The notes beneath the pieces were generated by a model. It did not search any database. It saw only the letters and a program-made list of their open reading frames with translations, and was not told the DNA's origin. The translations under genes and the position numbers were made by a program. Shown here piece after piece: positions 14,701 through 29,700 of a DNA stretch of 64,000 nt (positions are counted from its first letter, which is position 1; every line of letters begins with the position of its first letter). The stretch lies in the NCBI GenBank assembly GCA_030704615.1, contig CM060734.1, forward strand, positions 50,406,001 to 50,470,000, written 5' to 3'. This DNA comes from Takakia lepidozioides (Eukaryota; Plantae; Bryophyta).

Positions 14701-17700
14701 GAGTGTGTTGTGGCCTCTGGGAGCTCCATCCTTCCTTGGCTGGTTGAGGTATGTGTTTCTGGACTTGGAGCTCCTGTGCACAGATTAAACACAAATCATT
14801 GCCAGTAACATAACAAGAGGGTGCTGATGTGAAGAAGAATATATTGAACTTCCAGGAGATTGAAGGGGGAGAAAGAAAGGATCTTCATAACAGGGTACCC
14901 TAAGAAATGAAATGAAATGGTGCTTTATGACGTCCGCGGAAAGCTCATAGAGCTTATGGGACAAAATGGAAGAGAACACGAGAGAGGAAACAAAACCAGT
15001 TTCAAAGATAAAAACTATTGCTCGTGTGATTGTCTAAGGGTGAGTGCCTTGTGTAGGTAAGCTGCCAAGCATTTCTGATCTTCATAGTGGAAGACGTCAG
15101 TGAGAGATTGGGTTCCACGGAATAGACAGTGGAATCTCCTACGGATCTTATAGTATAGAGGGCAATACAAGAAGAAGTGTTCTTCAGTTTCAATTTCCTG
15201 GTTGCGCCCTGTGCAAGACATAGGGTCCTCCCGCCGTAGGTTTTCCCATCTGCCAGTCTCTATCCGTAGGTTGTGGGAGCCCACCCTGAACCCCCCCAAT
15301 GCCCTCAGGAGAGAAGGAGATAAAGATGCTGAAAGGTAATTGGGCTGCAAGATCCTATCATCTTGGAGAACCAAGAATGTTTCTCGATAGAAATGGAGCT
15401 TTGTCGTGAGATTGGGTAGCTTCCAAGTTCTCCTGACATGTAGTTCCATAAGTTCTCTTCGAATGAGTCTGTCGCGGTCTTGCTTGGATGTGATGTCCAC
15501 CCCTTCTGGATTCACTGGTAATAGTGAAGCAATAGAGAGTCCATTGCGCTCAAAGAAACTGTCCACTCGAGCATACCAGGATTGTTTGAAATCTGCATTT
15601 TTGAGCCTAATAGATGTTGCGAGGGCTCTGGCCACAAGCCCCTTGGGGGGAAGGGCTTGAATCCTATGCAAGAAAATTGTAAGCCGGAAGAGGGCCTCAG
15701 TTTGCAGTGGCACGCAGGCGAATTCTGCACTCAGTATGTGAGACGGAGTTGTGCCTCTGGCGCCAAGCATTGCTTGGAGGAAAGATGACTGCAATGGTTC
15801 CAGATTCTTTTCCCACCAGGAAACTGGGACCGCAGGTGCACAGAATTCACAACCAAAAGTGGCATTTGGGGTGACAACGCTGTCAAACAGCCACTTCTTG
15901 GTCGGTGGATGGCGCAGATGTATCTGTTTGCATTTGGCCTGAAGGCGGATGGAGGCTGCCTGGCCTTTTGTCAATCTGTCCAGGGCAGTTGCCGCAAACT
16001 GGAATTTGGGGGAGTGGATAACCAGACCCAGATACCGGTAGGATTTGACTATCTTAACCTCCCGATTGTTGAGGAAAAATGTGCAGTCGGCCTGCCCATC
16101 GAAAACCATGATCTTGGTTTTGCTAAGGTTGACTTGCAGCCCATAGTCTTTGGAGAACCGTTCCAGGATGTGGAGATGGCGTTGCAGGAAGACAGGACAT
16201 TGTGCCAAAAGGGTAACATCATCCGCGTAGAGGAGATCTGATTGTGTTGGTCCTCCATCCAATGGCACACCAACTCCACATCAAAGAAAAGAAATCAGTC
16301 ACGTACGACTGGAGAGCGTCAGACAAGCAGCTTTTGTTCGACATCACAACTGTCAAATCCGTAATGGTCAAACCCCTGAAACAAGGGTTCGACCCATACC
16401 TCCTAAGTGAGGACCAGAGCTATTATTAGAAGCGCAGAATGCTTATAATTCTATCTCCGTACAAAGAGGAAGTCTACCGCGCAGCAGCAGGCCCAGAGGG
16501 CCACAGTCGAGAGATGTGTGACAGAAGGATCTGTGTTCTTCAATTTGGGATCTACTTGGCATGGAAGGTTCTAGGAAGACTGCATTCAAAAACTTCAGTT
16601 TGGGATTGTGAGAGGGCACGGTTGAATGTTATAAAGTGATTTTCTGCCATTGTCTATGTATGAAACATTTTGGAGGACAAGTATTATGTAGATATGTATA
16701 TCGATACAGTCTCAACTTTATTTGCACCTGGATTCCACCAGTCTGTACAGGATGGTATGATTAAGGAAGAATTGGAGCGGAGCAAAACATCCCCAAATGA
16801 GCTCTTTCCACCACCATTAGAACAGCTTCATCAGCGGCTTCAGCAGTTGCGAACAGCAGGTCCTGCAGTCCCAGGAAGCATTCCATTGACAGAAACCTCA
16901 GCAATACGTGCATGTTTGCGAGAGTTGTTCCAATATGCTCGTGTTGAGGGAGCTCATGCACTGGATTTGGTGGTGAAGTCTGCACTCTCTTCTGTCAAGG
17001 ACCGTCAGCTCCAAAGAGCTGCTGATGTATGTGTCTGCCCACTTTCTGTCTTCATTGGACCAATGAATGTCTCCCCCTCGAAATTTGAGCATGAAAATGG
17101 GGTACCAAAGAGTGACATGAGACACAAAAATTATTCACGTGGTACTATGGAGAAGGTGTTGATGAAGTTAAATTGTTCACCACTTTGAGAGAAGCCATCT
17201 TTGAAAGCATGGAGTCATTGCAAATGTAAAACAAATGGAGAATGCCATCTACTATTGGGGTGGTCGAAGTGGTGGGTTTGATTTTGTTGTCACCTGAAGA
17301 AGCTGTCAAACTACAGAATTACTCTGTTCTGACAACCAAGGCATCTGAAGAGGATGTTAGCACCATGTTCACTGACATTCTTGCTGGCCTCGAGAAGGTT
17401 TTCAGTCTACTGTAAGGAAGAGGCTATGCGTGAAGTTAATATATCGTGCTTTGATTAAGTCACTGTCATTGTTCCATAGATTATGGCAATTGCAAGGTGT
17501 AGTATGCTCTGTAGTGGAAGTGTTTTGCGACTTCCTGCTTGAATCATTGCTGAGAGCTCTTAGAGCTCTGCAGCATCCCCAGAACCTAGCCACCAGAAAC
17601 AATTGGGCCCAAAGAAACCCAATCGATGCCCTTGCACGTCAAATTTGAGCAAGGATCAAACTGGAAATGGGTATTCCTGGGAAGGTCCTCACTTACTCAA

Positions 17701-20700
17701 AACCAGCTTAATTGGACTGGTTACCATATTTGCAAGAGTGCCTGGAATTGATTTCAGACCTGATTTGGCACACCCAGGCTTTTCTAATCCGTAACAGGAT
17801 TTGTCTTGCCCTCTTCTGAATTCAGGTGGTTGCCCCATTCCCGCGACTTCTGCCACTGATTGCCGTTATGGGTTGGGATGTCTTGGCTGGCCACACGGCA
17901 GCTCGGCGCCAATTGATGGACCTTTTCTGGAACAGCAGAGCAAAGGGAGGGGGCTTGCCACATGGAAAACCGGTTGAGGAGGTTTCTTTTTCTTTGACCT
18001 CTTTGACCTACAGTGTATTTGGACAAATGTGGATCATCTTATATTGGAAGATGGTGACTAGTGTGCTTGAATGGTTTTGGACGTAATGCTTTATTCTGTG
18101 ACAAAATTGTGGAATGATGGAATCTGAGCTATGAGCTCCAGCTTATTTGCTTCATTAACTCCTCTAAAGAAATGAGAGCGGGGATGGATTCTAGATTAAT
18201 CAGCCAGAGATCTTGAATATAACCTTTTCAGGCCGAAAAATCCCAACCCTGGACTGCAGTCTTACTGTCACAAACAGACCAACTCGGTGATCATGGTTTG
18301 GTGTTCCAGGTCTCTTGTGTGGAGCAACTGTGTGACCAGCTGTGCTACCGGTTAGAGCTCGCGTGCTTTGCTGCACACATGAACTCTACAATGGGTGGAC
18401 AGGCAGGCGGCGTCCAAATTTTCAGGAAGGGAATCCGACCGAACGAGGAAGATAATACTGGGGCACCTGCGGATCCATTTGTGGCCAATCTTGTCCTTGA
18501 ACGTTTGACCATGCATTCACCTGTTCGGGTGAGTGCCAATAGGGCTCTCCTTTGGGCTTTGGCTCAAACCTGTTTGTTCTGTTGCCTAGAAAAGGAAAGG
18601 ATGCGTTCAGATTGCCTTCACCTAGCTTTAGCTCTCTGTCAACAGTGCATCACAAGCATCACAAGCTTTATTTCTGAACACAGAATAAACTATATGCAAA
18701 ACTTCTGGTTTAGGGTGTTAAGATGTGGATGTTAAGACTCAGGGTCCCCATATAAGTAGGGGATGTCAGTCTACTTCATCTTAAGTGAGAAACCAGAGGG
18801 ATCTATTCTTCACTATCTTCACACCTAATTCATGCATATAGCTGAGGTACTAAAGGGAGTGCTATGTATGACTTGTAGGTTATTTTTGACGTTGTTCCTG
18901 ACATCAACCTTAGGGATGCCCTAGAGCTTGTGAAAATGCAGCCTGCAGGTGTGTCTGCCTCCGCTTCCATACAAAGGTTAGCCATCGTCCGTATGAATGT
19001 TCTTGTTACGCTCATCTTGAGATTATTTCTTTTTCTGTTGTCTTTTCCACACCGAATTTTCTAACCCGGACTGTTACATCATTTTTTTGTAGGGGGATTT
19101 GGGAGACTGATTGTGAACAATCTCTTCAGAGGATTGTACTGCCGTTGCTAATTGCTTTCTTAATCAGAAGTCTTTTTTTGGTTTGTTGCATGACAGGAAT
19201 CTTGATCTGGAGCTTTTACACATGAATTACGGGGTACAAGCTGCAGTCCATGCCTTGGGAGCAATGGAATTAAGCACTGCTGATGAGTTTAAAACAGGAG
19301 AGCAGCAGAGAGGTGCAGCCTTCTTTCTTGAGGAGCTACATGAGCATTTGGAAGCAATCAGTACTCCTGTCCGTCGGGTATGATGGCCCGGTGTTTGGTT
19401 GTTTATGTATATTTCATGTAGTATATTCTTAACCACATCTATATACAGTTGCACATATCTCGCTTAACACATCATTGGAATGCACCTAATCCAAGTTATA
19501 GATGTGCTTTGACTTCATAAAAGAGTAACCTTCTGTTTCAGCAGAGTCGGAATTGAACATTGGTTCACTTTTTGCACAGACCTGGAACTATGGCACCAAA
19601 TCAATTGTTCTTGTTTCCTTTTTTCTTGACTCAAACTGGGGCAGTTCCCTTGGGTTAGAGCTTCTTGTATAGGTTCAGTATCTGGCTAAACACCTTGCTG
19701 AACATGAACATATGGTACTTTTATGCAGGTCTGGATGATGAGCATGATAATGGCACTTCTACACATGGATGAATTAAGTGTCCAACCAGTGGCAACTGAG
19801 GGGTCAACAGGCTTAGCGGCAAAACAGACCAAGAATAATGGGGACATGGAAGCAGCAACAGGGGCTGGGGATTCAGAGAAGCTTACTGCTGTTGTGTTTG
19901 TGGGTAATATCCTGGCAATGCTATGTCAATGCCTTCCAGCTGTTGGACTGGAGCTTGAAGCAAGAAGCCCAGCATCAAGCAAAGGGGGCCTGGGCAGGAA
20001 AGGAAGCATAACTGGAATTGGATTCCCAGGGAGAGCAGGTAAGAAGGCCTGGGAGCAGAAAGCGGAGCTGTTGCATCAGTTTGTGGAGGATTGGGAATGG
20101 CGCCTTGCTGTATTGCAGCGTTTGTCTCCAACGTCGCTGCGGCCATGGGAGTGGAGGGAAGCCTTGGCAGTCCTCCGTGCAGCTCCTTCAACCTTGCTTA
20201 ACCTGTGTGTTCTCCAGAGTCCATTTGGCTCTTCTTGATGTTCAGTCTCTCTTCCCACCCTCTCTCTAAGGTGCTAGTGGATGTGTGGTTGATTGTTGCC
20301 GTGAGGATAAAGTAAAAGTTCCCTTATATCCAGGAACAGAAAGCTACCTCCTAAGATGGACGGGACAACCTGGTAGATTGAACTGTAGTAGTAAACCCTC
20401 TCGGTGGAGCATCGCTTCTTCAGGTGGTCTGCATACTCCTGAAAACAGGGGCAGATTTGTTGTCTTTAGAGACGATCCGAAGTGCGGAGCGTCCTGCCTC
20501 CACGAGGCTTTCCGCCTTACTTCACGCTTGATTAGTTCTTTGGTTCTTCTATTACCTGTCCATGGGCACTTTGGTCTTCCTGTGGCTATATTAAACTCCC
20601 TACAGTTTGATTTTTCTTCTGGTTTCAGTGGTTCTACCTGCTGGTATCCTTGCCCCATGGCCCTCCCCATTAAGTTTAAAGTATAAAGTTCATCTCTCTA

Positions 20701-23700
20701 TTCCAAAGCCCCGCAGGGCCTTCTGTTTACGTAATGGAGCCCTTTCTCCTTCAGGTTTTTCTAGCAAACCTACTTCCCTCCCTGAGTTTTCTCTTCAGAG
20801 GAGATGGTTTCTGGTTACTCATGTGGTGTGTGGTGCAGGTGCGTGCAGCGGGCTCAATATGACCTTGGAGAAGAGGCCGTACACCGCTTTGGGTTGCCCC
20901 CAGAGGAGGCAGCCTCGCTGGAGCTCGCTGAATGGGTGGATGGTGCTGTAGCAAGAGCATCTGTATGCACTTTGACATACCCTGAGTTTGTGGTCATTTA
21001 GTCAGTCTAGGAGCTTTTTGTTGGGTTTTTGGGTAAGTGCGAATAATTTCTGTACAGTGTCAGAATGTCAGACTTTCAATCCTCCCCTGGGGTACAGTTA
21101 GCTTGTGCTGCCATCTCCTCCATCTTCCCCATTACATACGGCCTCTTCTTCAATTGCTTGATGTCTGGGGAGGGAGCCACTCTTGGAAATGATTTTAACC
21201 CTTAGGACTATACCTACTGTTTGAACAACATGATCGGGATGCTGGTTTGCCATTGGTATTGACAGGTGGATGATGCAGTCTCTCGAGTTGCAGAGGGATC
21301 ATCGAGCACAGATGAGGCTCTCAATTTTGCCGCCCTTCGTGCACCATTAGCGCCCCTTGCTAGTGTAAACCTGTTATACCGACTACCTCATAATTTTCTT
21401 ATATATGATGAGTATGAAAGAGACACCATATTTTATGGTTGCTTCGGCAGCTTTTCTGAATATGTACTTTCTGTAGAGTTCTGCTGACCAGTATCCTACT
21501 AAGCATCTACATATTCATTGTATAGTATGGTTGTTGGGTAAGAGGTAGGAAGAGAGTCTCTCATGATGGGAAGTTGAAGAATTTCTTAGAACTGACATTG
21601 GCATGACCAATTTGTCTCAGGTCCTTCTCTGCCTTGATGTTGCAATGGCTTCTGCGAGGTCTGTCGACATGGCAAGGCACCTTCTGGATCGGGTAATTTC
21701 TGCCCCAATATATTTTCAGTGGTGCGAGAGTAGATGCTTTGAACAAAAGACTTGAGCACTTCCTAGCTGACCAGTTGGCACTTCAATCCTAAGGTTTTAG
21801 TCTTGGTTCAATATGCTTACTTCATAAGGATGTCTAACACTGAGATTTGAAGGATATCACTGTGTGCTAAGTTAATAGAGAAGTGAAGGCCGATTTCATT
21901 CATGATTTCACCTTTTAGATGTCTTCTCTTGATTAGTGGGAGGCTGTTGGTTTTGGCCATGGCAACAGGCACGTCCCTTCTTTCTCAGATCTCTCAATTA
22001 GGGTCAAGGGAACAAGGGCCGGAGCAGAGACAAGAGGCGTGCATTGTCTTGGTGGCCAAGCGCGTGATGCACCGCTTGCAGGAGCTTCTGGACCAGGTCC
22101 CTATCCTCTGTTCAGCTGCATCTTCGTTACTTTGCCCTTCTGTACGTGCTTCTCTCAGTGCTGGAATCAACCTAGTGTTCTCTGGTATGATATTTGTCAG
22201 GCCTTGTATTTTCACTACATGAACCATGTTGTGGATTGTCTTCTGATGTATGCATGTTCTAGGCAATTTCAGGCCAAGTTTAATACCCTGGTATGTGAAA
22301 CCCCAGAAACAACTCTCGAAAGTTGTGTATATGGGGGGGCTCTACCTTCTAAGGGTGCTTTAATAGCCAACTTCACTGGAGTGGTAGTACATAATGTGGC
22401 CAAAAAACATAATCCTCCTGGTTTTTTAGGTGGTATTTATTTCAAGAATGATTTCAATGATCTCTTCTTTTCTCTCCTGTTTCTTTCTCCTGCAATTGCG
22501 TCTCTGTCCATTATCTGTCCTCATATGTGTTTGACGCAAGACAGTTAGAAGTACAGAGCGGTTGTTAAGCACTTGCGTAGAAGATGCATCAGTACTCTAT
22601 ACATATACCATCCTATCAACCTGGATTTTGGCTGGTCAGATCTATTACTTAGTTTCCACCTGGTTGCTTTTATATTTCACTGCTATCAGAGGCTGTGAAC
22701 AGTAATGGATCTAAATGAAACTGCTGTAAGAGCAAGAAAGGGCCTCATTCTTATTGTTTCTGTCAGCAGGACAAGTCTGGGGCCTTGCAGTTGCTTTTAT
22801 CAGGTGCGGATATGGTGACCCCTTCAGGCACTGATAGTATCCGGCAAGGACCAAGGCAGCGAGCGCTGGCCATTTTGCAGCAGACAATAGAGGATGCCAC
22901 TAATGGCAAGCGCCAGTTCTTAAGTGGTGAGTTCTATCCAAATGTTGTGGTCAGAAGTTACTACTGATCCGCTTAGCATGGTACAGGCCCCACACATTCA
23001 GTTTCATTGCTCCCAGTCTAGCATATTTCTCCTACAGTCTTGTCCTGTCCTGTTTGCATGTCTGTCTAGTTGGGTTGCTTTCTAGGTTCTCTCATTTGGT
23101 TATAATCTGGGTTCATTTGGATGGACAGATAAGTGACGCAATATGTGTCTCTTCTCTTCAGGAAAACTACACAACCTTGTAAGAGCTCTAGCGGACGAGG
23201 AGGTTGATGATTGGACCACAAGCCCTCATGGAGAAAGACGGCCCTCACACCTAGCGGAGCATGGCCTTGGCCTGGGGCTTGGATTCAATGTCACTTCAAA
23301 GACTACTTCAGTGAATGTGCCTAACACTTCCGGATTAGGAGGCTATTTTGGGGAGGGCACTCCTTCAATGGTTCCTAAAGGGACAGTGAAACGGTTTCTA
23401 GGGCCACTGACTAACAAACCGATGGCATACCTATCAGCTTTCATCCTCTACATTGCCACTGTTGGTGATATTGTCGATGGCATTGACACAACTCATGACT
23501 ACAACTTCTTTGCACTTGTCTATGAGCGCCCCAATGATGTAGGCCTTTACCAATTCCCATCCTGTCGACCTGATAAAAGTTCCTTTGTTTCTATCTTTCC
23601 TTTCCTCCACTGTCCCATAGGCCATCCAAACCTCCTGTGAACATCCTGAATTCTTTTATTTTTCTTTTGCCAGACGAGGAAACGTTTTTCATTGTGCAAA

Positions 23701-26700
23701 TCCATCCCCATTAGCATTATTCTCTTTCCTAATGTGTCCTTGCCTGTTCCATTCAGGCACATCATCTGGTTCATCAATTGGTTTGCCATATTGTGTTTGT
23801 CAGTTCTTCTTGTCAATATGCTCCCCTATGTCTTATGTCTTATGTTTGATTCTGAATTGAATCAGAAGATTTTTGTCAAACAGCGAGGATGCTATACTGG
23901 AGACGACGTCAATGTCTTCCAGCACTCCAGTCTCTCCCTTGTTCATGAGTCCCTGCATTCAGTGGATAACAACCTCTGCTCTTTTGTTTTGCAGTTGTTG
24001 ACTAGGCTAGTGTTCGAGCGGGGAAGCGCAGATGCAGCTGGGAAAGTTGCAGATATAATGGGAGCGGATTTGGTGCACCAGGTATTTATTCCACCCTAGA
24101 GAGAATGCTTAATCATATCACTTCACTGGATAATGCATGTGTGCAACTGTCTGCAAGTTGGTAGGCAGTGTTGTTGAGTTAAATATTTTGAGCTTCTGAG
24201 AACAATGTTGCTGAGAGAAAAAGGAAAGTTAATGTCCTCCCAGTAGATATTCATTAGTTAGCTATTCAATTTTCGAGTATAGCTGCCTACAGGAAAGTCA
24301 TAGACCATTTGTTTAAGGAGTCGATGTACCCTCTTCCACATGCTTTCTTGCTTTTTGTTACCCATTCTCAAAGATTACATGCGTGGAGCACTAAACTAAA
24401 GCTCACAACCCAGGTGACTCTTCTAAAAACTAATAAATACTTTTGCAGGTAATCTCAGCATGTGTGCCCCCGGTCTACCCTCCCCGGAGAGGCAGGGGTT
24501 GGGCATGCATCCCACAACTCCCCACACGCACAGTGCAGCCTCCCAGCAGCCAACGGGGGGATGTCCACATCGTCGCTACGACCTCTCCAAATGAAGATGA
24601 GACAGAGCTATATCCTCTACAGATAGACGTCATAAAACACCTTGCCACACTGTCACCTGTGCGCGCCATTCTTGCCTGTGTATTTGGCCAAAGCCATTTC
24701 AGTACAAGCCCCAGGGATACCAGTGATGCAGATTCCAGCATCCCACAGTTGGCACAACAACAGCTGGATGCTGATCGGTCCTTTTTTGAATTTGCCTTAG
24801 AGCAGTCTGAGCGGTAGGTTGACTTTTGGGCCTTCTCTTTACAACATTGTTCTGTTAAGTTTATCATGGATCTATGATATTCTGTGCCATATCTCATGCC
24901 TAATTACTGAGCTTTGACCAGCTTGAAGGTCTGTTTATCCAATATATATCCAGTGTATCCAGAAAGAATCAACAAATACACTGCTTTCAGACCTTCAGTC
25001 CTTCCTCCTGCGGTCCACTTATTTCAGTTGATGCAAGGATGTCTTACATGTCCTACTGGTGACATTTCTGGTCTCTGCATGCTCTTAATAAACATGCTAA
25101 GCAGTGACGGACAATGGGGATTGCAGTTACTCAACGTTGAACCGGTGGATCCAACTGCAAGCAAATTTGCAACATTTGTCTGGTTTACCAACCTCCTCTC
25201 GACAGCTTAACGAGGACCCTAAGAAGGAAGAGGAGAGACGTGCTTCAGCAAAGCGGCCCCGTGCAGCAGAAGAGGATTCTGACTCATCTTCTGACAGTGA
25301 TGAGAAACATGTCTTGCTGGGAATGCCAGGCTTAGATGTGGGATGGACCCCCGAATTTTGCAGCCCACAGGCTCATGAAGGGGTGCCACCAGCATCCAAG
25401 GAAGCCAGGGGTCCAGAGCCAAGTACTCCTTTGTCCCTTTTATTTGACTGGGAGCACGAGGCCCCCTATGAAGATGCTGTTCAAAGGTAGGTGAAGTCCA
25501 TTTTTGTTTGTGCAACATCCCATTGCCATGACAATGGGAGTCAAACCCCATCTGTTTTTCAAGCTAAGACACAAGAGAAATGAAATGAAATGGTACTTTA
25601 TAATGTCTGCGGAAAGCTCTAAGAGCTTATCTTTCTTTCTTAGATAGAGGAGCTTTCCACGGACGGAAATGAACTGAAATGAATGAAATGGTGCTTAATA
25701 ACGTCTGCGGAAAGCTCAAAGAGCTTATGGAACAAAAAAATGGGAAAAAACAAGAGATTGTACTCATAAGACGTTGTTTGCCGTAGCCTTGTGGCCATTG
25801 ACCCCGCGCCCAGTTTGAGCGGGAACAAAAGGGACAGAACCTACCTCTGTCAGGGGCTGACGTTGGTAGTAAGACTTACCTTCATATAAAGAATTAATCC
25901 GGGTTTTCCAGATATCCTCTAGAAATCCCTTCACACAAGCATCAATCTGCTGTGTGTGATTTGCCCAAAAACTAGGCCTCAGGAGGGCCTGGGCTTTTGA
26001 CTCAGCCTCGAGACTTTCAAAGTTGGTAAATAGGGGTACAGGCACAATTCCCTTGATAGAGTTGAAGATTGTACTCATAAGACGTTGTTTGCCGTAGCCT
26101 TGTGGCCATTGACCCCGCGCCCAGTTTGAGCGGGAACAAAAGGGACAGAACCTACCTCTGTCAGGGGCTGACGTTGGTAGTAAGACTTACCTCCATATAA
26201 AGAATTAATCCGGGTTTTCCAGATATCCTCTAGAAATCCCTTCACACAAGCATCAATCTGCTGTGTGTGATTTGCCCAAAAACTAGGCCTCAGGAGGGCC
26301 TGGGCTTTTGGCTCAGCCTCGAGACTTTCAAAGTTGGTAAACAGGGGTACAGGCACAATTCCCTTAATAGATTTGAAGAGAGCGTCTCTTTGGTGAGAGA
26401 ACCCCGGACAGTGTATCAGAAAATGAATACTGTCTTCAGATTGCCCACACAACGGGCAATTGCACTCTCCCTTTCCTCTCTGCTTCTGTTTGCTGTTCAG
26501 AGGTAGGCTTCCTGCCCTGAGTTTAAATTTCAGTCTAGTGCCGAGAGTGGGTAGACCCTTGAGGTCATCCAAGATGTCCTCCCCCATGTCACAGACTGGA
26601 AACAAGTTCAGGGAAGTTTTCTGCCTAACTTCATTTTCATCAGACAATTTCATGGCAACAGACATGGCTGAGGACACTACAGCCTCTAAGTCAGATTTAT

Positions 26701-29700
26701 CCAGCAGGGTCAAGACTTGCGGATCCAGGTCCAGGTCCTTGAGGATCTCTTCTACTCTCTTCTGCCAGGACTTAGCCTGTTTGACAGGGCGGTCCTGTTT
26801 CCAAGATATAGAGTCGATTAACTTAGGATATCTGGTGTTGGGCATATGTTGCAGCTGACCCCACCATCTGACCTTGAATTCATCTCGTCGGGAGCTTAAG
26901 GACGGAATGCCAAACTCACCCCGAACAGCCACATTGGCTGTTTTGGAGCATGCTGACATACACTCCTTAAGCACCCCCACTTGAATGGATTCTAGAGACT
27001 TAGCCTGGTTGGAGTTATCAACCCATATAGCAGATCCGTACTCCAAAGCAGGTCTAATAACGCGGCAAAGCATGGTTTTCTTAACCTCAGAGTTGACCCC
27101 TCTGCAGTGGAAAAATTTAGTGAGCCCCAGAGCTTTGCGCTTGCCAGTTTGAACAACTTTCCGGATATGTGCATCCCAATTACAATTGGAGGAAAATTCA
27201 ACAGAAAATGGAGGAAAAAACAAGAGAAATGAAATGAAATGATATGGTGCTTTATAACAAAGAAAGAAAGAAGACAGACAGAAAGAAGAAGACACCAGAC
27301 ATAACCTGCGTATTGAAAAGCCTCTTCCTCTACTGAAGTTTTCCCTCTCTCAAAAGGGTGGGCTCTGCATGGAAATCGCCCATCTGTGCGTCTAGGGTCG
27401 TTAGTTGTTTGGTATTTTAAATGTGTTTGGCATGTACAAGGGAGCAAATGGCTATGAGACGAAATGATTTGAGCAGTCAAGGATTGCACAGTATGGAACT
27501 GTAGCTTGTATTAAGAAGTTCCAGATTTTGATCATGAATGCTGCCATGGATGCTCAGTTAGAGTGGCAACAATCCAGCCTGTCTTGTATGGCCTTATGAT
27601 CATGTACACTTGTCTATTTTCACGCTTGTTTAGGAAGTGCTTGAAGCAAGTTATATCAATGTGCTGATCGGCTGAACCTGGTACTGTGCGTTGCTGAATC
27701 ATTCATGCTTGATTGTGTTTAGAAATTCACAAAGCCGTTGTGTTACATTGCTAATCACGTGAAACTGGACATTATGGTGGTTCCAGATTGCTGGAGGAGG
27801 GAAAGCTTGTGGATGCATTGGCACTGGCTGACAGGTGGCTACGTGATGGGGCCTCTGACGGATTGCTTCAGTTACTGATTGAAAGAGGTGAGGAGAGTGG
27901 ATCACAGACTAGTACTCAATGGCAAGGTTACAGCGCTACACATCTGTATAGCAGCAGCTGGCAGTACTGTATTCGCATCCGCAACAAGAGCCTGGCAGCC
28001 ACTCTTGCCCTTAAGTACGTGTTCAGCACCAATCTACCGCAACACAACCGCATCTTAACACTGAATTCTTACAAGCTAGTAGACAACTTTTTAGCTCAAC
28101 AAGAATTTCCACCATCACAACTTTTTGGCAACATGAAAGGGCATGTGGTGTTTCTCTTGCATAGCTGAGACGGGCATGTTTTACAGATACTTGCATCGTT
28201 GGGAGCTGGATGCAGCAATTGATGTGCTCACAATGTGCAGCTGCCATCTATCCTCTGATGACCTCCTCTATAATGAGGTTCTTACCTCCCCTCCCTCCCA
28301 TGCAGGGTAATATCAATTTTGTTGCATGCATCTATGCTCACTTAGGAGTTCAAAGTACTGTAGACAGCTTGTGTAGTCTGAGTTTATTTTGAAGCTAAGT
28401 CACCTGAAAATCAAGGTGTAAGGGCATCCGTATCAATGGGCTAGGGCACCACTTTGCGTGAAGTCAAATGCTGATGGAGTGGGTGTATGCAGGTTGTGCG
28501 GAAGAGACAGACACTTCAGCAATATGGCCGCATTCAGCGGGCTGACAGTCGGTTCACCAATTGGCAGGAGGTGCAGCATTCTATTGCATGAATTATCTTT
28601 TTCTCTGGTGTACCCACTCAGTCCTTAGACCATTGGTTAAGTATCATTGCCCACAGAATGTCCGTACAGCGGGTAACATTTATGAAACAGGAACTTGCAA
28701 GGCACAACAAAGCAAGCAAGGATGTTTACATTCTTCCCCAGGTGGGAGGAGAGAAAAAGGAAGAAATAATGTTCAACACCAATGGGGAGGCTTAGAGGGC
28801 CTATGGACGCTGTAGAACAACAAAAGAAAGACCTATCAAGCCCTAAAAATTGTGGGACAGAAAAATGAAATGAAATGGTACTTTATAATGTCCGCGGAAA
28901 GCTCCTGGGACAAAAGGGAGAAACCAGAAAGAAGTGACAAAACCACAGCCAAAAGCAGCCCAGAAGCAACTACTGCTGAAGGACGGAGAGAATGTACTCC
29001 TATGACGTTGTTTGCCGTAGCCTGGCCATTGACCCTGCGCCCAGTTTGAGCGGAACACAAAGGGATGGAACCTACCTTTGTCAGGGGCTGACGCTGGTAG
29101 TAAGACTTACCTTGGAATAAACAATTGATCCGGGTTTTCCAGATATCCTCTAGAAATCCCTTTACACAAGCATCAACCTGCTGTGTGTGGTTTGCCCAAT
29201 AACTAGGCCCCAAAAGGGCCTGGGCTTTTGGACACAGAGAGAGAGAGAATGAACAAGCTTCCAAGAAAAGAACTGACTTGTTTCTGAATTGTTTTGATTA
29301 GGACACTACATGTCTAATCTTATGCAGGATCCGTGTTCTTGCTGATAAAGGTTGTCTGTTATTAGGAGCTTTTCACCCTGAAACAAGTCTTACACTGGCT
29401 TGCTCTTTACAGGTGGAAGCACTATGTCAAAGTGATCCTGAAGGGTTGGCTCTCCGGCTAGCAGGCAAGGGAGCTGTATCAGCTGCACTTGATGTAGCCG
29501 AATCATTCAATTTGTCCAATGATTTGCGGAGAGAATTACAGGGCAGGCAGCTGGTGAAGCTCTTGACCTCTGACCCAATCAGTGGAGGGGGGCCCGCTGG
29601 AGGCTTGCGCTTTCTAAACTCTTTACGGAAACCAGAGGATGCATTGCCTGTGGCTATGGCAGCAATGGAGCAGCTTCCAAATCTGCAATCAAAACAGCTC

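Noticed and set aside
20285-20800. Overlapping 108-133-aa ORFs in SPG15 intron 10 (and the copy at 3189-3700)
   Set aside because: No recognisable domain; probably an old TE remnant. They recur only because of the duplication.
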